Source: Actinomycetota bacterium
GTDB taxonomy: Bacteria; Actinomycetota; Actinomycetes; Nanopelagicales; Nanopelagicaceae
Assembly (NCBI GenBank): GCA_029977785.1
Contig: JAPOKG010000001.1
Span: forward strand, 97 to 64,096
Direction of reading: 5' to 3'
DNA length: 64,000 nt
Part shown: piece by piece, positions 9,253 through 19,067 of the stretch
Position numbering within the stretch: position 1 is the stretch's first letter
Layout of the letters: each line of letters begins with the position of its first letter
Made by a program: the position numbers and the translations under genes
Notes under the pieces: generated by a model
Told to the model about the DNA's origin: nothing
The model's input: only the letters and a program-made list of their open reading frames with translations
Database searches by the model: none

Positions 9253-9964
9253 GAAGAAAGAATCTTATTCGCTAGTAAAGAGCGCTGTTGCACTGCTTCT
9301 GATTTGTTTATGTTTATGGGCAGCGCAGTGGCAATTTAATCGCGGTCTCGATAGGCAAGCACGCAATGACGCCATTGAAGAGAACACTGCGCGTCCCGTC
9401 CAGCCTCTGATTGATTTGGCAAGTGATGTCGCCGCACATGAATGGCAGACAACAAGCGCCACGGGGTCATTTGATACAACCCAACAAATTCTTCTTCGCA
9501 ACCGATATTTTGAGGGCGTATACGGTTTTCAACTGCTCACACGTTTTGAAACCCAAGATGGAAAGAGTTTCTGGGTTGATTGTGGATGGATAAAAGCTGG
9601 CCCAAACGCTCTAACTCCGCCCGTTATCCCTGAACTACCCAGCAAACAAGTCACGATCGAAGGACGCCTGCGCCTTGATTCTTCACTTCCACGAGGTGCT
9701 TTCTTTGCCCTTCCTAGCGATGGATCTAGCGGTCTGATCTCACAAGCAAATGCTCAGTCACAATCAAAAGTTTCTGAAAATTTTTATATTGATTTGCTTC
9801 GAGGCAGCCAGCCAGAGCTCACACCTGCTGTTGCAGCAGAACTTCCTGAGTTATCTGATGGCCCGCACATGGCATATGCGCTGCAGTGGGTCTTCTTCGG
9901 TGGGTTAGTGATCTACGGGCGAATACTAATTCGTCGTGATGTCTTGTCGCATAAAGAGCTCTGA
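9245..9964 (+). CDS. SURF1-family (cytochrome oxidase assembly) protein
   Basis: N-terminal TM with WQFNR, VDCGWI, C-terminal GPHMAYALQW + TM. Confidence 0.9.
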   Translation: MSKKKESYSLVKSAVALLLICLCLWAAQWQFNRGLDRQARNDAIEENTARPVQPLIDLASDVAAHEWQTTSATGSFDTTQQILLRNRYFEGVYGFQLLTRFETQDGKSFWVDCGWIKAGPNALTPPVIPELPSKQVTIEGRLRLDSSLPRGAFFALPSDGSSGLISQANAQSQSKVSENFYIDLLRGSQPELTPAVAAELPELSDGPHMAYALQWVFFGGLVIYGRILIRRDVLSHKEL

Positions 9965-11791
9965 GTAAAGTCCACCTCGAGCGATTAGCTCTTCATGTCT
10001 TCCTCGCTCCTTAATTTCGCCTTTTTCTAAGACAAGTATCTGATCAGCTTCCATCACTGTACTTAAGCGGTGGGCGATCACGATTGAGGTGCGACCACGC
10101 AGAGCAACCTTGAGGGCTTCATGAACGAGAGATTCATTCTCGGAATCTAAGTGCGCAGTCGCTTCATCGAGAATGACAATCGCTGGGGCTTTGAGTAGAA
10201 GACGGGCGATAGCTAAACGCTGCTTTTCGCCTCCCGAAAGTCTGTGGCCACGTTCTCCCACCATAGTGTCGAAACCATTGGGAAGTGACTCAATCAAGTT
10301 CCAGATTTGAGCTGCTTTACATGCCTCAATCATCTCTGATTCGGTTGCATCCTCCTTTGCATAGCGAAGATTCTCAGCGATGGTTTCGTGAAAGAGATGA
10401 GCATCTTGCATCACTACACCGATTGAGTCGCGTAAAGATTGGACAGTGAAATCCCTAATATCTACTCCATTAATTTCGATTGCGCCTTGAGTAACGTCAT
10501 AAAGCCTGGGCAGAAGAGCGCTCATAGTCGTCTTGCCCGCACCCGATGGTCCAACAATGGCTGTCATAGTTCCGGTCTCGGCTATGAAAGAAATTCCTTT
10601 AAGCACTTCACCGCTATCAACGGTCTCTGGTTTTGCAGCAGATTCGAGTGATGCGAGTGATATTTCTTCGGCTCTTGGATATGCAAACTTTACGCTCTTA
10701 AACTCAACAGTTGCGCGCTTATCTTTGAACTCAATTGCATCTGGTTTATCAGTAATCATCGGTTGTAGATCGAGAACTTCAAAGACTCGCTCAAAGGATA
10801 CAAGCGCTGTCATTACATCAATGCGTACATTTGAAAGAGCAGTCAGTGGACCATAGAGGCGTGCCAACAAGGCTGTGATCGCTAAGAGGGTTCCAACTGT
10901 CAAAGTTCCTGAGATTGCTAAATGTCCACCGATTCCATAGGCGAAGGCGGTGGCAATAGCCGCCACGCTCGTTATTCCAACAAAGAAGACGCGATTGAGC
11001 ATCGCTGTATGGATGCCGATATCTGCAACTTTGCGGGCGCGAGTTCTAAAGAAGGTCTCTTCCTTCTTTGGTTTCCCGTAAAGCGCTACCAAGAGGGCAC
11101 CCGAAACATTGAAACGCTCGGTCATTGTGCTCGACATAGTCGCATTGAGATTAAAGGAATCCCGCGTCAAAGCTTGGATTCGTTTGCCCACCCACTTAGT
11201 AGGAAGCAGAAAGACTGGCAACAGCAGGAGCGATACGACAGTGATCTGCCAAGAGAGAATGAGCATCGTCGTTACGACCAGGATCAGAGATACAACGTTG
11301 CTGACGACCCCCGATAGCGTTCCGGTGAATGCCTGCTGCGCACCCATCACATCTGAATTGATTCGCGAAATCAGCGCGCCAGTTTGAGTTCGGGTGAAGA
11401 AGGCGATTGATTGGCGTTGAATATGCGCAAAAACTTGAGAGCGAAGATCATAGATAAGGCCTTCACCGATGCGCGCTGAGTACCAACGTCCAAAGATATT
11501 AAAGCCAGCGTCAACGACCGCAAGCAACCCCACAAGAAGAGCCAGTTGAGTAACAAGCTTTCCGTTTTGAGGGATAACGCCTTTATCTATGAGTTCGCGC
11601 AACAATAATGGCGTTGAGATTATCAGGAGCGCCTCAATGACTACGGTGATAAGAAAAATCGAAATCTGTCTCTGATAAGGCTTTCCGTAAGAAAATATTC
11701 GGCGGACTGTCCCCGGCTTTAACTTCTGTGATTTAACAGATGGGTCTGCAGTCATAGACCGAAAGGTCATCCACACTGCGTGTTGCGACAT
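9926..11791 (-). CDS. ABC exporter, fused permease/ATPase (ABCB type)
   Basis: Six-TM N-terminal domain; GPSGAGKT, LSGGEKQR, ILDEATAHLD, IAHRLST. Confidence 0.93.
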   Translation of the reverse strand: MSQHAVWMTFRSMTADPSVKSQKLKPGTVRRIFSYGKPYQRQISIFLITVVIEALLIISTPLLLRELIDKGVIPQNGKLVTQLALLVGLLAVVDAGFNIFGRWYSARIGEGLIYDLRSQVFAHIQRQSIAFFTRTQTGALISRINSDVMGAQQAFTGTLSGVVSNVVSLILVVTTMLILSWQITVVSLLLLPVFLLPTKWVGKRIQALTRDSFNLNATMSSTMTERFNVSGALLVALYGKPKKEETFFRTRARKVADIGIHTAMLNRVFFVGITSVAAIATAFAYGIGGHLAISGTLTVGTLLAITALLARLYGPLTALSNVRIDVMTALVSFERVFEVLDLQPMITDKPDAIEFKDKRATVEFKSVKFAYPRAEEISLASLESAAKPETVDSGEVLKGISFIAETGTMTAIVGPSGAGKTTMSALLPRLYDVTQGAIEINGVDIRDFTVQSLRDSIGVVMQDAHLFHETIAENLRYAKEDATESEMIEACKAAQIWNLIESLPNGFDTMVGERGHRLSGGEKQRLAIARLLLKAPAIVILDEATAHLDSENESLVHEALKVALRGRTSIVIAHRLSTVMEADQILVLEKGEIKERGRHEELIARGGLYSELFMRQDITTN

Positions 11792-11820
11792 AGAAAGAGT
11801 CTAAAGGTGATTGAGGTTAA

Positions 11821-12132
11821 TTAGACAGTAAAGCCGAGAGCGCGCAATTGCTCGCGTCCATCGTCACTGATCTTATCTGGCCCCCAAGGTGGCATCCAGA
11901 CCCAATTAATCTTCACATCATCGGTAAATGGTGCAAGCGCCTGTCGAGTTTGGTCCTCAATAACATCCTGTAACGGGCATGCGGCAGAAGTCAGGGTCAT
12001 GTTAAGAACGGCGATGTTGTTGTCATCGACCATCATGTCGTAGATCAGACCTAAATCAACGACGTTAATACCAAGTTCAGGATCGACAACATCCTTCATT
12101 GCCTCATTGATATCTTCTATTTTTGCGACCAT
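11821..12132 (-). CDS. sufT: Metal-sulfur cluster assembly factor (DUF59/SufT)
   Basis: VVDPELGINVVDLGLIY, MTLTSAACP, PPWGPD; last gene of the suf operon. Confidence 0.92.
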   Translation of the reverse strand: MVAKIEDINEAMKDVVDPELGINVVDLGLIYDMMVDDNNIAVLNMTLTSAACPLQDVIEDQTRQALAPFTDDVKINWVWMPPWGPDKISDDGREQLRALGFTV

Positions 12133-12153
12133 CTGCTTATCCTACTTTCTTAT

Positions 12154-12597
12154 TCACTGATTCTTCGCCAGCGCTTGCACGCTCGCATCTTTGAAAGCCA
12201 TCCACCCCAGAAGAGCGCATTTAATACGAGCTGGATATTGAGAAACTCCCGCGAGAGCTACCGCATCTTCGAGAAGGTTCTCATCCCCCGTCTGTGTTCC
12301 CTTGCTCTGCATCAGCGCCATAAATGAATCTGAGATTTCCTGCGCCTGCGCCAGAGTTTTACCAAGAACTAAGTCAGAGAGAATCGACACGCTCGCCTGC
12401 GAAATAGAACAGCCGACTCCATCCCATGAAACATTAGCCACAGTTTCGCCTGAGAGAGTGACGTTGAGAGTGATTTCATCGCCGCAGCTTGGATTGATGT
12501 GATGAACCTGAGCGTCGTAAGTAGGGCTTAACTTCTTATGTTGTGGGTTCTTATAGTGATCAAGGATCACCTCTTGATAAAGGTTATCGAGCTGCAT
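12154..12597 (-). CDS. sufU: SUF Fe-S assembly protein, NifU-like
   Basis: LYQEVILDHYKNP, NPSCGD, GCSISQAS, RIKCALL. Confidence 0.95.
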   Translation of the reverse strand: MQLDNLYQEVILDHYKNPQHKKLSPTYDAQVHHINPSCGDEITLNVTLSGETVANVSWDGVGCSISQASVSILSDLVLGKTLAQAQEISDSFMALMQSKGTQTGDENLLEDAVALAGVSQYPARIKCALLGWMAFKDASVQALAKNQ

Positions 12598-13841
12598 TAT
12601 CCGAAATATTTCTGTGCGCTTCTGATGCCGTCGACAAGTACATCGATATCAGCGGTGGTGTTGTACAGATAGAACGAAGCGCGCGTGGTTGCTGGAACGC
12701 CTAGCTTGCGCGTCAATGGCCATGCGCAATGGTGCCCCGTGCGAACTGCCACTCCTTGGCTATCTAAGTACTGCCCTAAATCATGAGGGTGGATATCTCC
12801 AACGGTGAAGGAGAGTGTTCCACCACGCATCTCTAAATCTGTCGGTCCAACGATCGAAAGATCAGGAATGTCTAAGAGCGCCGACATTCCGTACTTCGTG
12901 AGCTCTTTCTCGTGAGAAAAGATCTGATCCATTCCAATTCTCTGCAGATATGTAAGAGCTGCACCTAAACCAACTGCTTGGGCCATATTTGGCACACCAG
13001 CTTCAAACTTCTTCGGCGCCTTTGCCCAGGTCGCTGATGTCATCGTTACGTTCTCAATCATCGAACCGCCAGTGAGAAAGGGAGGAAGTTCATTGAGGAA
13101 ATCTTCTCTCCCCCACAAGATGCCAACGCCAGTTGGGCCAACAGCTTTATGTCCTGAGAAAGTCAGAAAATCAACTTCAAGTTCTCTCACGTTAATAGGC
13201 ATGTGTGGAACTGATTGACAGGCATCGAGTACGACAACTGCGCCTGCTGCATGTGCGCGTTTCACAATTTCAGGAAGTGGATTAATCGTTCCTAGGACAT
13301 TTGATTGGTGCGTGAGAGCGACGACTTTGGTCTTTGAAGTGATGAACGAATCAATATTGCTGAGATCGAGACGCCCTTCGGGAGTTACTTCAAACCACTT
13401 AAGAGTTGCTCCGGTGCGTGCGGCTAATTGCTGCCACGGTATGAGATTTGCGTGGTGCTCCATCTCAGTAATAACAATTTCATCACCTGATGTGAGGTGG
13501 AAGCGATTGCCAGCTGGAGCGTTACCCATTGCATAAGCCACAAGGTTGAGTGATTCAGTCGCGCTCTTGGTGAAGATAATTTCATTGACTGATGCGCCAA
13601 GAAATTGCGCAACGATTGATCGAGCTCCCTCGTAGGCATCGGTGGCCTCTTCCGCCAATTGATGCGCACCGCGATGCACGGCAGCGTTATGCATACGATA
13701 GAAATTGCTCTCAGCGTCGATAACTTCGGTTGGTTTCTGGCTAGTTGCCCCAGAATCTAAATAGACAAGGCGTTTGCCATCGCGAACTGTCCGAGAAAGA
13801 ATCGGAAAATCCGCGATGACCGCGCCTGCGTTAAATGACAT
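12597..13841 (-). CDS. sufS: Cysteine desulfurase (likely start 13841, MSFNAG...)
   Basis: YLDSGATSQKP, EHHANLIPW, SGHK, RTGHHCA; the longer ORF-track start (13937) would overlap sufC. Confidence 0.95.
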   Translation of the reverse strand: MSFNAGAVIADFPILSRTVRDGKRLVYLDSGATSQKPTEVIDAESNFYRMHNAAVHRGAHQLAEEATDAYEGARSIVAQFLGASVNEIIFTKSATESLNLVAYAMGNAPAGNRFHLTSGDEIVITEMEHHANLIPWQQLAARTGATLKWFEVTPEGRLDLSNIDSFITSKTKVVALTHQSNVLGTINPLPEIVKRAHAAGAVVVLDACQSVPHMPINVRELEVDFLTFSGHKAVGPTGVGILWGREDFLNELPPFLTGGSMIENVTMTSATWAKAPKKFEAGVPNMAQAVGLGAALTYLQRIGMDQIFSHEKELTKYGMSALLDIPDLSIVGPTDLEMRGGTLSFTVGDIHPHDLGQYLDSQGVAVRTGHHCAWPLTRKLGVPATTRASFYLYNTTADIDVLVDGIRSAQKYFG

Positions 13842-13842
13842 A

Positions 13843-14595
13843 TTAAGCGGTGACGTACTCCGCGTAACCCTGCGCTTCAAGCTTGTCAGCAAGCTCTGGT
13901 CCGCCTTCTTCAACAATGCGTCCATTTGCAAAGACATGTACGAAGTCAGGTTTGATGTACTTCAAGATTCTTGTGTAGTGAGTAATCAAGAGGATGCCGT
14001 GGTTATTGGCTTCCTTAGCTCGCACTACTCCTTCAGAAACGATGCGGAGCGCATCAACATCAAGACCAGAATCTGTCTCATCGAGGATGGCGAACTTTGG
14101 CTTGAGGAGTTCGAGTTGCATGATTTCATGGCGCTTCTTCTCGCCGCCAGAGAATCCTTCATTGACATTTCTTTGAGCAAATGATGGATCCATCTTCAGT
14201 GACTCCATTGCGCTCTTTACTTCGCCTACCCATTCACGCAACTTTGGAGCTTCGCCACGAAGAGCGGTAGCTGCAGTACGTAAGAAGTTAGAGACAGATA
14301 CGCCAGGTACTTCTACCGGGTACTGCATCGCTAGGAATAGTCCTGCCTTAGCGCGCTCATCGACAGACATTTCAAGGACATCTTCGCCATCGAGCGTGAC
14401 TGTGCCTTCGGTGATGGTGTACTTAGGATGGCCTGCAATTGAGTAAGCCAGGGTAGATTTACCTGAACCATTTGGGCCCATGATTGCATGAGTTTCGCCT
14501 GACTTAATGGTCAGATCTACTCCCTTAAGAATTTCTACTGCGCCTTGCTCGGTCTCGACAGATACTTTCAATCCGCGAATTTCTAGAGTGCTCAT
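13843..14595 (-). CDS. sufC: Fe-S cluster assembly ATPase
   Basis: GPNGSGKST, NEGFSGGEKKR, LDETDSGLD. Confidence 0.97.
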   Translation of the reverse strand: MSTLEIRGLKVSVETEQGAVEILKGVDLTIKSGETHAIMGPNGSGKSTLAYSIAGHPKYTITEGTVTLDGEDVLEMSVDERAKAGLFLAMQYPVEVPGVSVSNFLRTAATALRGEAPKLREWVGEVKSAMESLKMDPSFAQRNVNEGFSGGEKKRHEIMQLELLKPKFAILDETDSGLDVDALRIVSEGVVRAKEANNHGILLITHYTRILKYIKPDFVHVFANGRIVEEGGPELADKLEAQGYAEYVTA

Positions 14596-14606
14596 ATCTA
14601 TCTCCG

Positions 14607-14903
14607 TTACATCTCTACCGTGACGGAGTCTCCGTCGACAGTTACTGAATAGGTTTTAATGGGTGCTACTGCTGGAGGCGTTAACGCCTCTCCAGTGCGA
14701 AGATCAAATTCAGCTCCATGGAGCCAGCATTCGATCTTGAAATCTGTGACATCACCTTCTGAAAGAGATGCATCTGAGTGGCTGCAGACATCATTGACTG
14801 CGAAGACCTGGTCGCCCACGCGGGTAACACAGATGGATTCGCCGTTCTTCTCAATGCGAACAGGCTTACCTGCTTGAAGTGATGAAAATGCAAGATCAGA
14901 CAT
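14607..14903 (-). CDS. Rieske-type ferredoxin subunit
   Basis: CSH...CWLHGAEFDLRTG Rieske motif within the suf operon. Confidence 0.92.
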   Translation of the reverse strand: MSDLAFSSLQAGKPVRIEKNGESICVTRVGDQVFAVNDVCSHSDASLSEGDVTDFKIECWLHGAEFDLRTGEALTPPAVAPIKTYSVTVDGDSVTVEM

Positions 14904-15995
14904 TTACTTACCAGCCTTTGCAAGTTCGCCATCAATACGAGCCATGATTCGTTCCTGAATCGCTTCAATACCAATTTCAGAGACGATTTCATTGAAGAAT
15001 CCGCGCACAACCAGGCGACGAGCATCATCCATATTGATTCCACGCGACATTAAGTAGAAGAGCTGCTCATCATCAAAGCGTCCTGTCGTAGATGCATGTC
15101 CCGCGCCTACGATTTCACCGGTTTCGATCTCAAGGTTTGGAACTGAATCAGCTCGCGCCCCATCTGAGAGCAACAAGTTTCGATTGAGTTCATATGTATC
15201 TGTGCCCTCAGCTGCAGCGCGAATAAAGACATCGCCAATCCAGACTGTATGGGCCTTATCTCCAGCAAGTGCCCCCTTGTAGTTCACGCGAGACTTTGCA
15301 TTTGGAACCTTGTGATCGACAAACATGCGGTGTTCGAAGAACTGGCCGGCAGTTGCAAAGTACACGCCAGATAGATCGCATGATGCACCTGGTGCGATGA
15401 AATCAACGGTAGGAAGTAGGCGAACTACATCTCCCCCGACGGTGACAACAATTGACTTAAATGTTGCATCGCGATCAACAATCGCGTGATGGCGCGCAGC
15501 ATGAATCGTCTTGCTTCCCCACTCTTGTAGAGCGATAAGAGTCAGATGAGCACCCGGTTCAACAACGATCTCTAAATCTTCTGCAAGGTGAGTATCGCCC
15601 GTGTTTTCAATGACCACGACAGACTTGGAATGGTTACCTGCCTTGATGAGAACTCGTGAGAATTCAGCAGAGTCAGTTCCAAAGGAGGATCGATTGAGCA
15701 TGATTGGCTCAGCAATCTCTGCGTTAGGTGCAATTGATAGCACCGCACCCTTGCTGGTGAACTGACGAACACGATTGACGATTACATCATCAGTCTGCGT
15801 TACGGCCTCAATCTCTTGGTGAGAAAAAGTCACACCCGTTGCAAGTGAGCCCTTTACCGCAAGTGAATTGCGCTCTACCGCAGTGGCAGAACCGTCATGC
15901 ATTCCACCTAAGCGTTTGAGTGGTGTAAAGCGCCATGCTTCCTCACGCCCCGTAGGGGTGTGATTTTCTAGAACATTTGATTGCAATGAAGACAT
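14904..15995 (-). CDS. sufD: Fe-S cluster assembly protein SufD
   Basis: [31 protein letters not shown]. Confidence 0.95.
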   Translation of the reverse strand: MSSLQSNVLENHTPTGREEAWRFTPLKRLGGMHDGSATAVERNSLAVKGSLATGVTFSHQEIEAVTQTDDVIVNRVRQFTSKGAVLSIAPNAEIAEPIMLNRSSFGTDSAEFSRVLIKAGNHSKSVVVIENTGDTHLAEDLEIVVEPGAHLTLIALQEWGSKTIHAARHHAIVDRDATFKSIVVTVGGDVVRLLPTVDFIAPGASCDLSGVYFATAGQFFEHRMFVDHKVPNAKSRVNYKGALAGDKAHTVWIGDVFIRAAAEGTDTYELNRNLLLSDGARADSVPNLEIETGEIVGAGHASTTGRFDDEQLFYLMSRGINMDDARRLVVRGFFNEIVSEIGIEAIQERIMARIDGELAKAGK

Positions 15996-17404
15996 TATCC
16001 AACTGCGCCTTCCATTTGAAGTTCAATCAGACGGTTGAGCTCCAGCGCGTACTCCATAGGAAGTTCACGAGCGATTGGCTCAATAAACCCGCGGACGATC
16101 ATCGCCATCGCTTCATCTTCATTGAGTCCGCGAGACATCAGATAGAAGAGCTGATCATCTGAAATCTTGGAGACGGTCGCTTCGTGGCCCATAGATACAT
16201 CATCTTCACGAATATCAACATACGGATATGTATCTGAGCGCGAGATTGTGTCAACGAGAAGAGCATCGCACTTCACAGTACTTGCTGAATGGTGTGCACC
16301 TTCCTGAACCTGAACAAGTCCGCGGTATGAAGTGCGACCTCCACCACGAGCTACAGATTTAGAGATAACGGAAGACGATGTGTAAGGAGCTGCGTGCACC
16401 ATCTTTGCACCAGAATCTTGATGTTGGCCAGGGCCTGCAAATGCAAGTGAAAGAGTTTCTCCCTTTGCGTGTGGGCCCATCAACATGACAGCTGGATACT
16501 TCATGGTGACCTTCGAGCCGATATTTCCATCGACCCATTCCATGGTTGCACCTTCGGCACATGTTGCGCGCTTGGTTACCAAGTTGTACACATTGTTAGA
16601 CCAGTTCTGGATTGTCGTATAGCGAACGCGCGCACCCTTCTTCACAATGATTTCAACAACTGCTGAGTGCAGTGAGTCAGATTTGTAGATAGGGGCAGTA
16701 CAGCCTTCAACATAGTGGATATATGAATCTTCATCGGCGATTATCAAAGTGCGCTCGAACTGACCCATATTCTCGGTATTGATGCGGAAGTAAGCCTGTA
16801 GTGGGATATCTACATGAACACCCTTAGGAACATAGATAAATGATCCGCCAGACCAAACGGAGGTATTAAGTGCTGCAAATTTGTTATCGCCCACTGGAAT
16901 AACAGAACCGAAGTACTCTTTAAAGAGCTCCGGATGCTGCTTTAAACCACTGTCGGTATCAAGGAAGATGACGCCCTGCTTCTCGAGGTCTTCACGGATT
17001 GAGTGATAGACAACCTCTGATTCGTATTGGGCTGCAACGCCAGATACCAGACGCTGCTTTTCAGCTTCTGGAATGCCGAGACGATCGTAGGTATTTTTAA
17101 TATCGTCTGGTAGGTCGTCCCATGTTGTAGCTTGCTTCTCGGTAGAGCGGACAAAGTACTTGATTGTGTCGAAGAAGATTCCTGACAGATCAGATCCCCA
17201 TGATGGCATTGGCTTCTTGTAGAAGAGGTCTAAACCTTTAAGGCGAAGGTCGAGCATCCACTGTGGCTCGCTCTTCTTGGAAGAGATATCGCGAACGACT
17301 TCTTCACTTAAGCCACGTTTGGCATTAGATCCCGCATCATTACTATCTGACCAGCCGTATTCATAGTTGCCGAGGCCATCGAGTTCAGGATGTGCAGTTG
17401 TCAT
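15995..17404 (-). CDS. sufB: Fe-S cluster assembly protein SufB
   Basis: [33 protein letters not shown]. Confidence 0.98.
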   Translation of the reverse strand: MTTAHPELDGLGNYEYGWSDSNDAGSNAKRGLSEEVVRDISSKKSEPQWMLDLRLKGLDLFYKKPMPSWGSDLSGIFFDTIKYFVRSTEKQATTWDDLPDDIKNTYDRLGIPEAEKQRLVSGVAAQYESEVVYHSIREDLEKQGVIFLDTDSGLKQHPELFKEYFGSVIPVGDNKFAALNTSVWSGGSFIYVPKGVHVDIPLQAYFRINTENMGQFERTLIIADEDSYIHYVEGCTAPIYKSDSLHSAVVEIIVKKGARVRYTTIQNWSNNVYNLVTKRATCAEGATMEWVDGNIGSKVTMKYPAVMLMGPHAKGETLSLAFAGPGQHQDSGAKMVHAAPYTSSSVISKSVARGGGRTSYRGLVQVQEGAHHSASTVKCDALLVDTISRSDTYPYVDIREDDVSMGHEATVSKISDDQLFYLMSRGLNEDEAMAMIVRGFIEPIARELPMEYALELNRLIELQMEGAVG

Positions 17405-18099
17405 TTGGTCGCCTTTCCAGCGGTTATCGTTCTTGATGTTTGTGAGATTTTCGTCTTTGTTATTACTCGAGAAGTATCTGGAATGTACGTAGTGCAGACG
17501 CCATCACCGTGTGCGATTGTGGCCAGACGTTGCACATGCGTACCTAAAATCTTTGAGAATGCTTCAGTCTCTGCCTCACAGAGCTGTGGGAACTCAGCTG
17601 CAACGTGTGCGATTGGGCAATGATGCTGACAGAGTTGATCCCCTGTCGGCTTGCTCTCAATGCTGGCGGCGTAACCTTGCTCTGTAAGGAAAGTAGCAAG
17701 CGCCTGATTTTTCTGAGACTTCTTGCCCATAAATGTAACTGCTTTGCGCTCGATATCATCTGCGCGCGATTGTGCGAAAGCTTGAACAAGTTGGCCACCC
17801 GATTGCGCTGACATAAATTTCAGAGCAGCCACTGCTAAGTCATCGTATGAGTGCTCAAACTTCTCTCGACCACCATCGGTCATCACAAAAACTTTTGAAG
17901 GTCGGCCGCGACCACGACTGAGAGCCTGATGCGGCTCGCGCGCTTCCAGAATTCCATCAAGTACGAGGAGATCGAGGTGGCGGCGAATACCTGCCGGAGT
18001 GAGGCCGAGGCGCTCCCCCAGGGTGACAGCTGTCGACGGGCCATTTTCCAGCACAGAGCGAGCGATAGCCTCGCGGGTGCTTAGGTCGTCGATTTTCAC
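17401..18099 (-). CDS. sufR: SufR-type HTH transcriptional regulator of the suf operon (likely GTG start at 18099)
   Basis: w[15 protein letters not shown]...GRGRP; C-terminal Cys motif CQHHCP...LCEAE...VCTT. Confidence 0.88.
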   Translation of the reverse strand: MKIDDLSTREAIARSVLENGPSTAVTLGERLGLTPAGIRRHLDLLVLDGILEAREPHQALSRGRGRPSKVFVMTDGGREKFEHSYDDLAVAALKFMSAQSGGQLVQAFAQSRADDIERKAVTFMGKKSQKNQALATFLTEQGYAASIESKPTGDQLCQHHCPIAHVAAEFPQLCEAETEAFSKILGTHVQRLATIAHGDGVCTTYIPDTSRVITKTKISQTSRTITAGKATK

Positions 18100-18111
18100 A
18101 ACACTATTGTG
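18097..18111. promoter_or_regulatory. Inverted repeat CACAA-N5-TTGTG over the sufR start and -10 region (candidate SufR operator)
   Basis: cacaacactattgtg at 18097-18111; on the minus strand CACAAT lies 6 nt before the GTG. Confidence 0.5.
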
Positions 18112-18179
18112 TCTTAATTCCCTAACCCCTGCCAGTTGAAGAGAGGCGCGGCGAACGGCAAAGGTCATAGGCTACGAGC

Positions 18180-19058
18180 GTGAGTAAAACGCGCACCATT
18201 GCACGCCGAGTTCTAGGCCCGATAACTGGACTACTCCTCTTCCTACAAGCGGCCCTCGTCCTCACCGGAGGCGCTGTCCGCCTCACAGGTTCTGGAATGG
18301 GATGCCCAACGTGGCCAGAGTGCGTCCCCGGTTCCTATCTACCTGTTGAAGGTCAGGCAGAGGGCGCCTTGCATGCGTGGATTGAATTTGGGAATCGACT
18401 TCTTACCTTCGCACTCTTCTTCGCAGCTGTTGCCACTTTAATAGCGGTCCTACGAAGTGGTCGTCGCGATCTCCGTTTTCTTGCAGCAACACAAATCCTT
18501 GGAATTCTGGGGCAAGGAGTTCTTGGTGGAATCACTGTACTCACCAATCTCAATCCACTATCTGTCGCATCGCACTTACTTCTCTCAATCATTTTGATTG
18601 CAGCTGCAACATCGCTACATTCTCGTCGTCATCATCCGCAGGTGCGAACTTCATCTCCTCAAGTGAGAATTTCTCGCATTTCACTAGCACACATCGTTGT
18701 GGCATTCATTGCAATCGCTCTTGGAACTCTAGTTACTGGAAGTGGTCCACATGCAGGAGATGTTGACGCTCCTCGCCTCGACTTCGATATCTCAGCCATT
18801 ACTCGACTTCACAGCAGTTCTGTCTGGACCTTGTTAATAATCACCTTTATTTTTTATCGCTCTAAAGATCTCCGTTTTGAAACGAAGAAATGGCTAAATA
18901 TTTTTATTTTGCTAGCCATCGCACAAGGTGCCCTTGGCTACATCCAATACTGGTTAGCAGTACCTGAACTGCTTGTTGGCTTTCATCTTTTAGGTTCAGT
19001 CTTAGTGTGGATCGCAGCGTGGCGTATCCGTCTTTCAGTTGTAAGAAAACCCGCTTAA
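18180..19058 (+). CDS. ctaA: Heme A synthase (COX15/CtaA)
   Basis: GGAVRLTGSGMGCPTWPEC, IEFGNR, multiple TMs with conserved His; TAGGCT-6nt-GTG upstream. Confidence 0.92.
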   Translation: MSKTRTIARRVLGPITGLLLFLQAALVLTGGAVRLTGSGMGCPTWPECVPGSYLPVEGQAEGALHAWIEFGNRLLTFALFFAAVATLIAVLRSGRRDLRFLAATQILGILGQGVLGGITVLTNLNPLSVASHLLLSIILIAAATSLHSRRHHPQVRTSSPQVRISRISLAHIVVAFIAIALGTLVTGSGPHAGDVDAPRLDFDISAITRLHSSSVWTLLIITFIFYRSKDLRFETKKWLNIFILLAIAQGALGYIQYWLAVPELLVGFHLLGSVLVWIAAWRIRLSVVRKPA

Positions 19059-19067
19059 GGAGTAGAA

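Noticed and set aside
13842-13937. N-terminal extensions of sufS (and likewise sufR, infC, polA, PaaI, rapZ, livH) given by the ORF track
   Set aside because: Longest-ORF artefacts. Family similarity and SD or -10 placement favour the downstream starts listed in the features.
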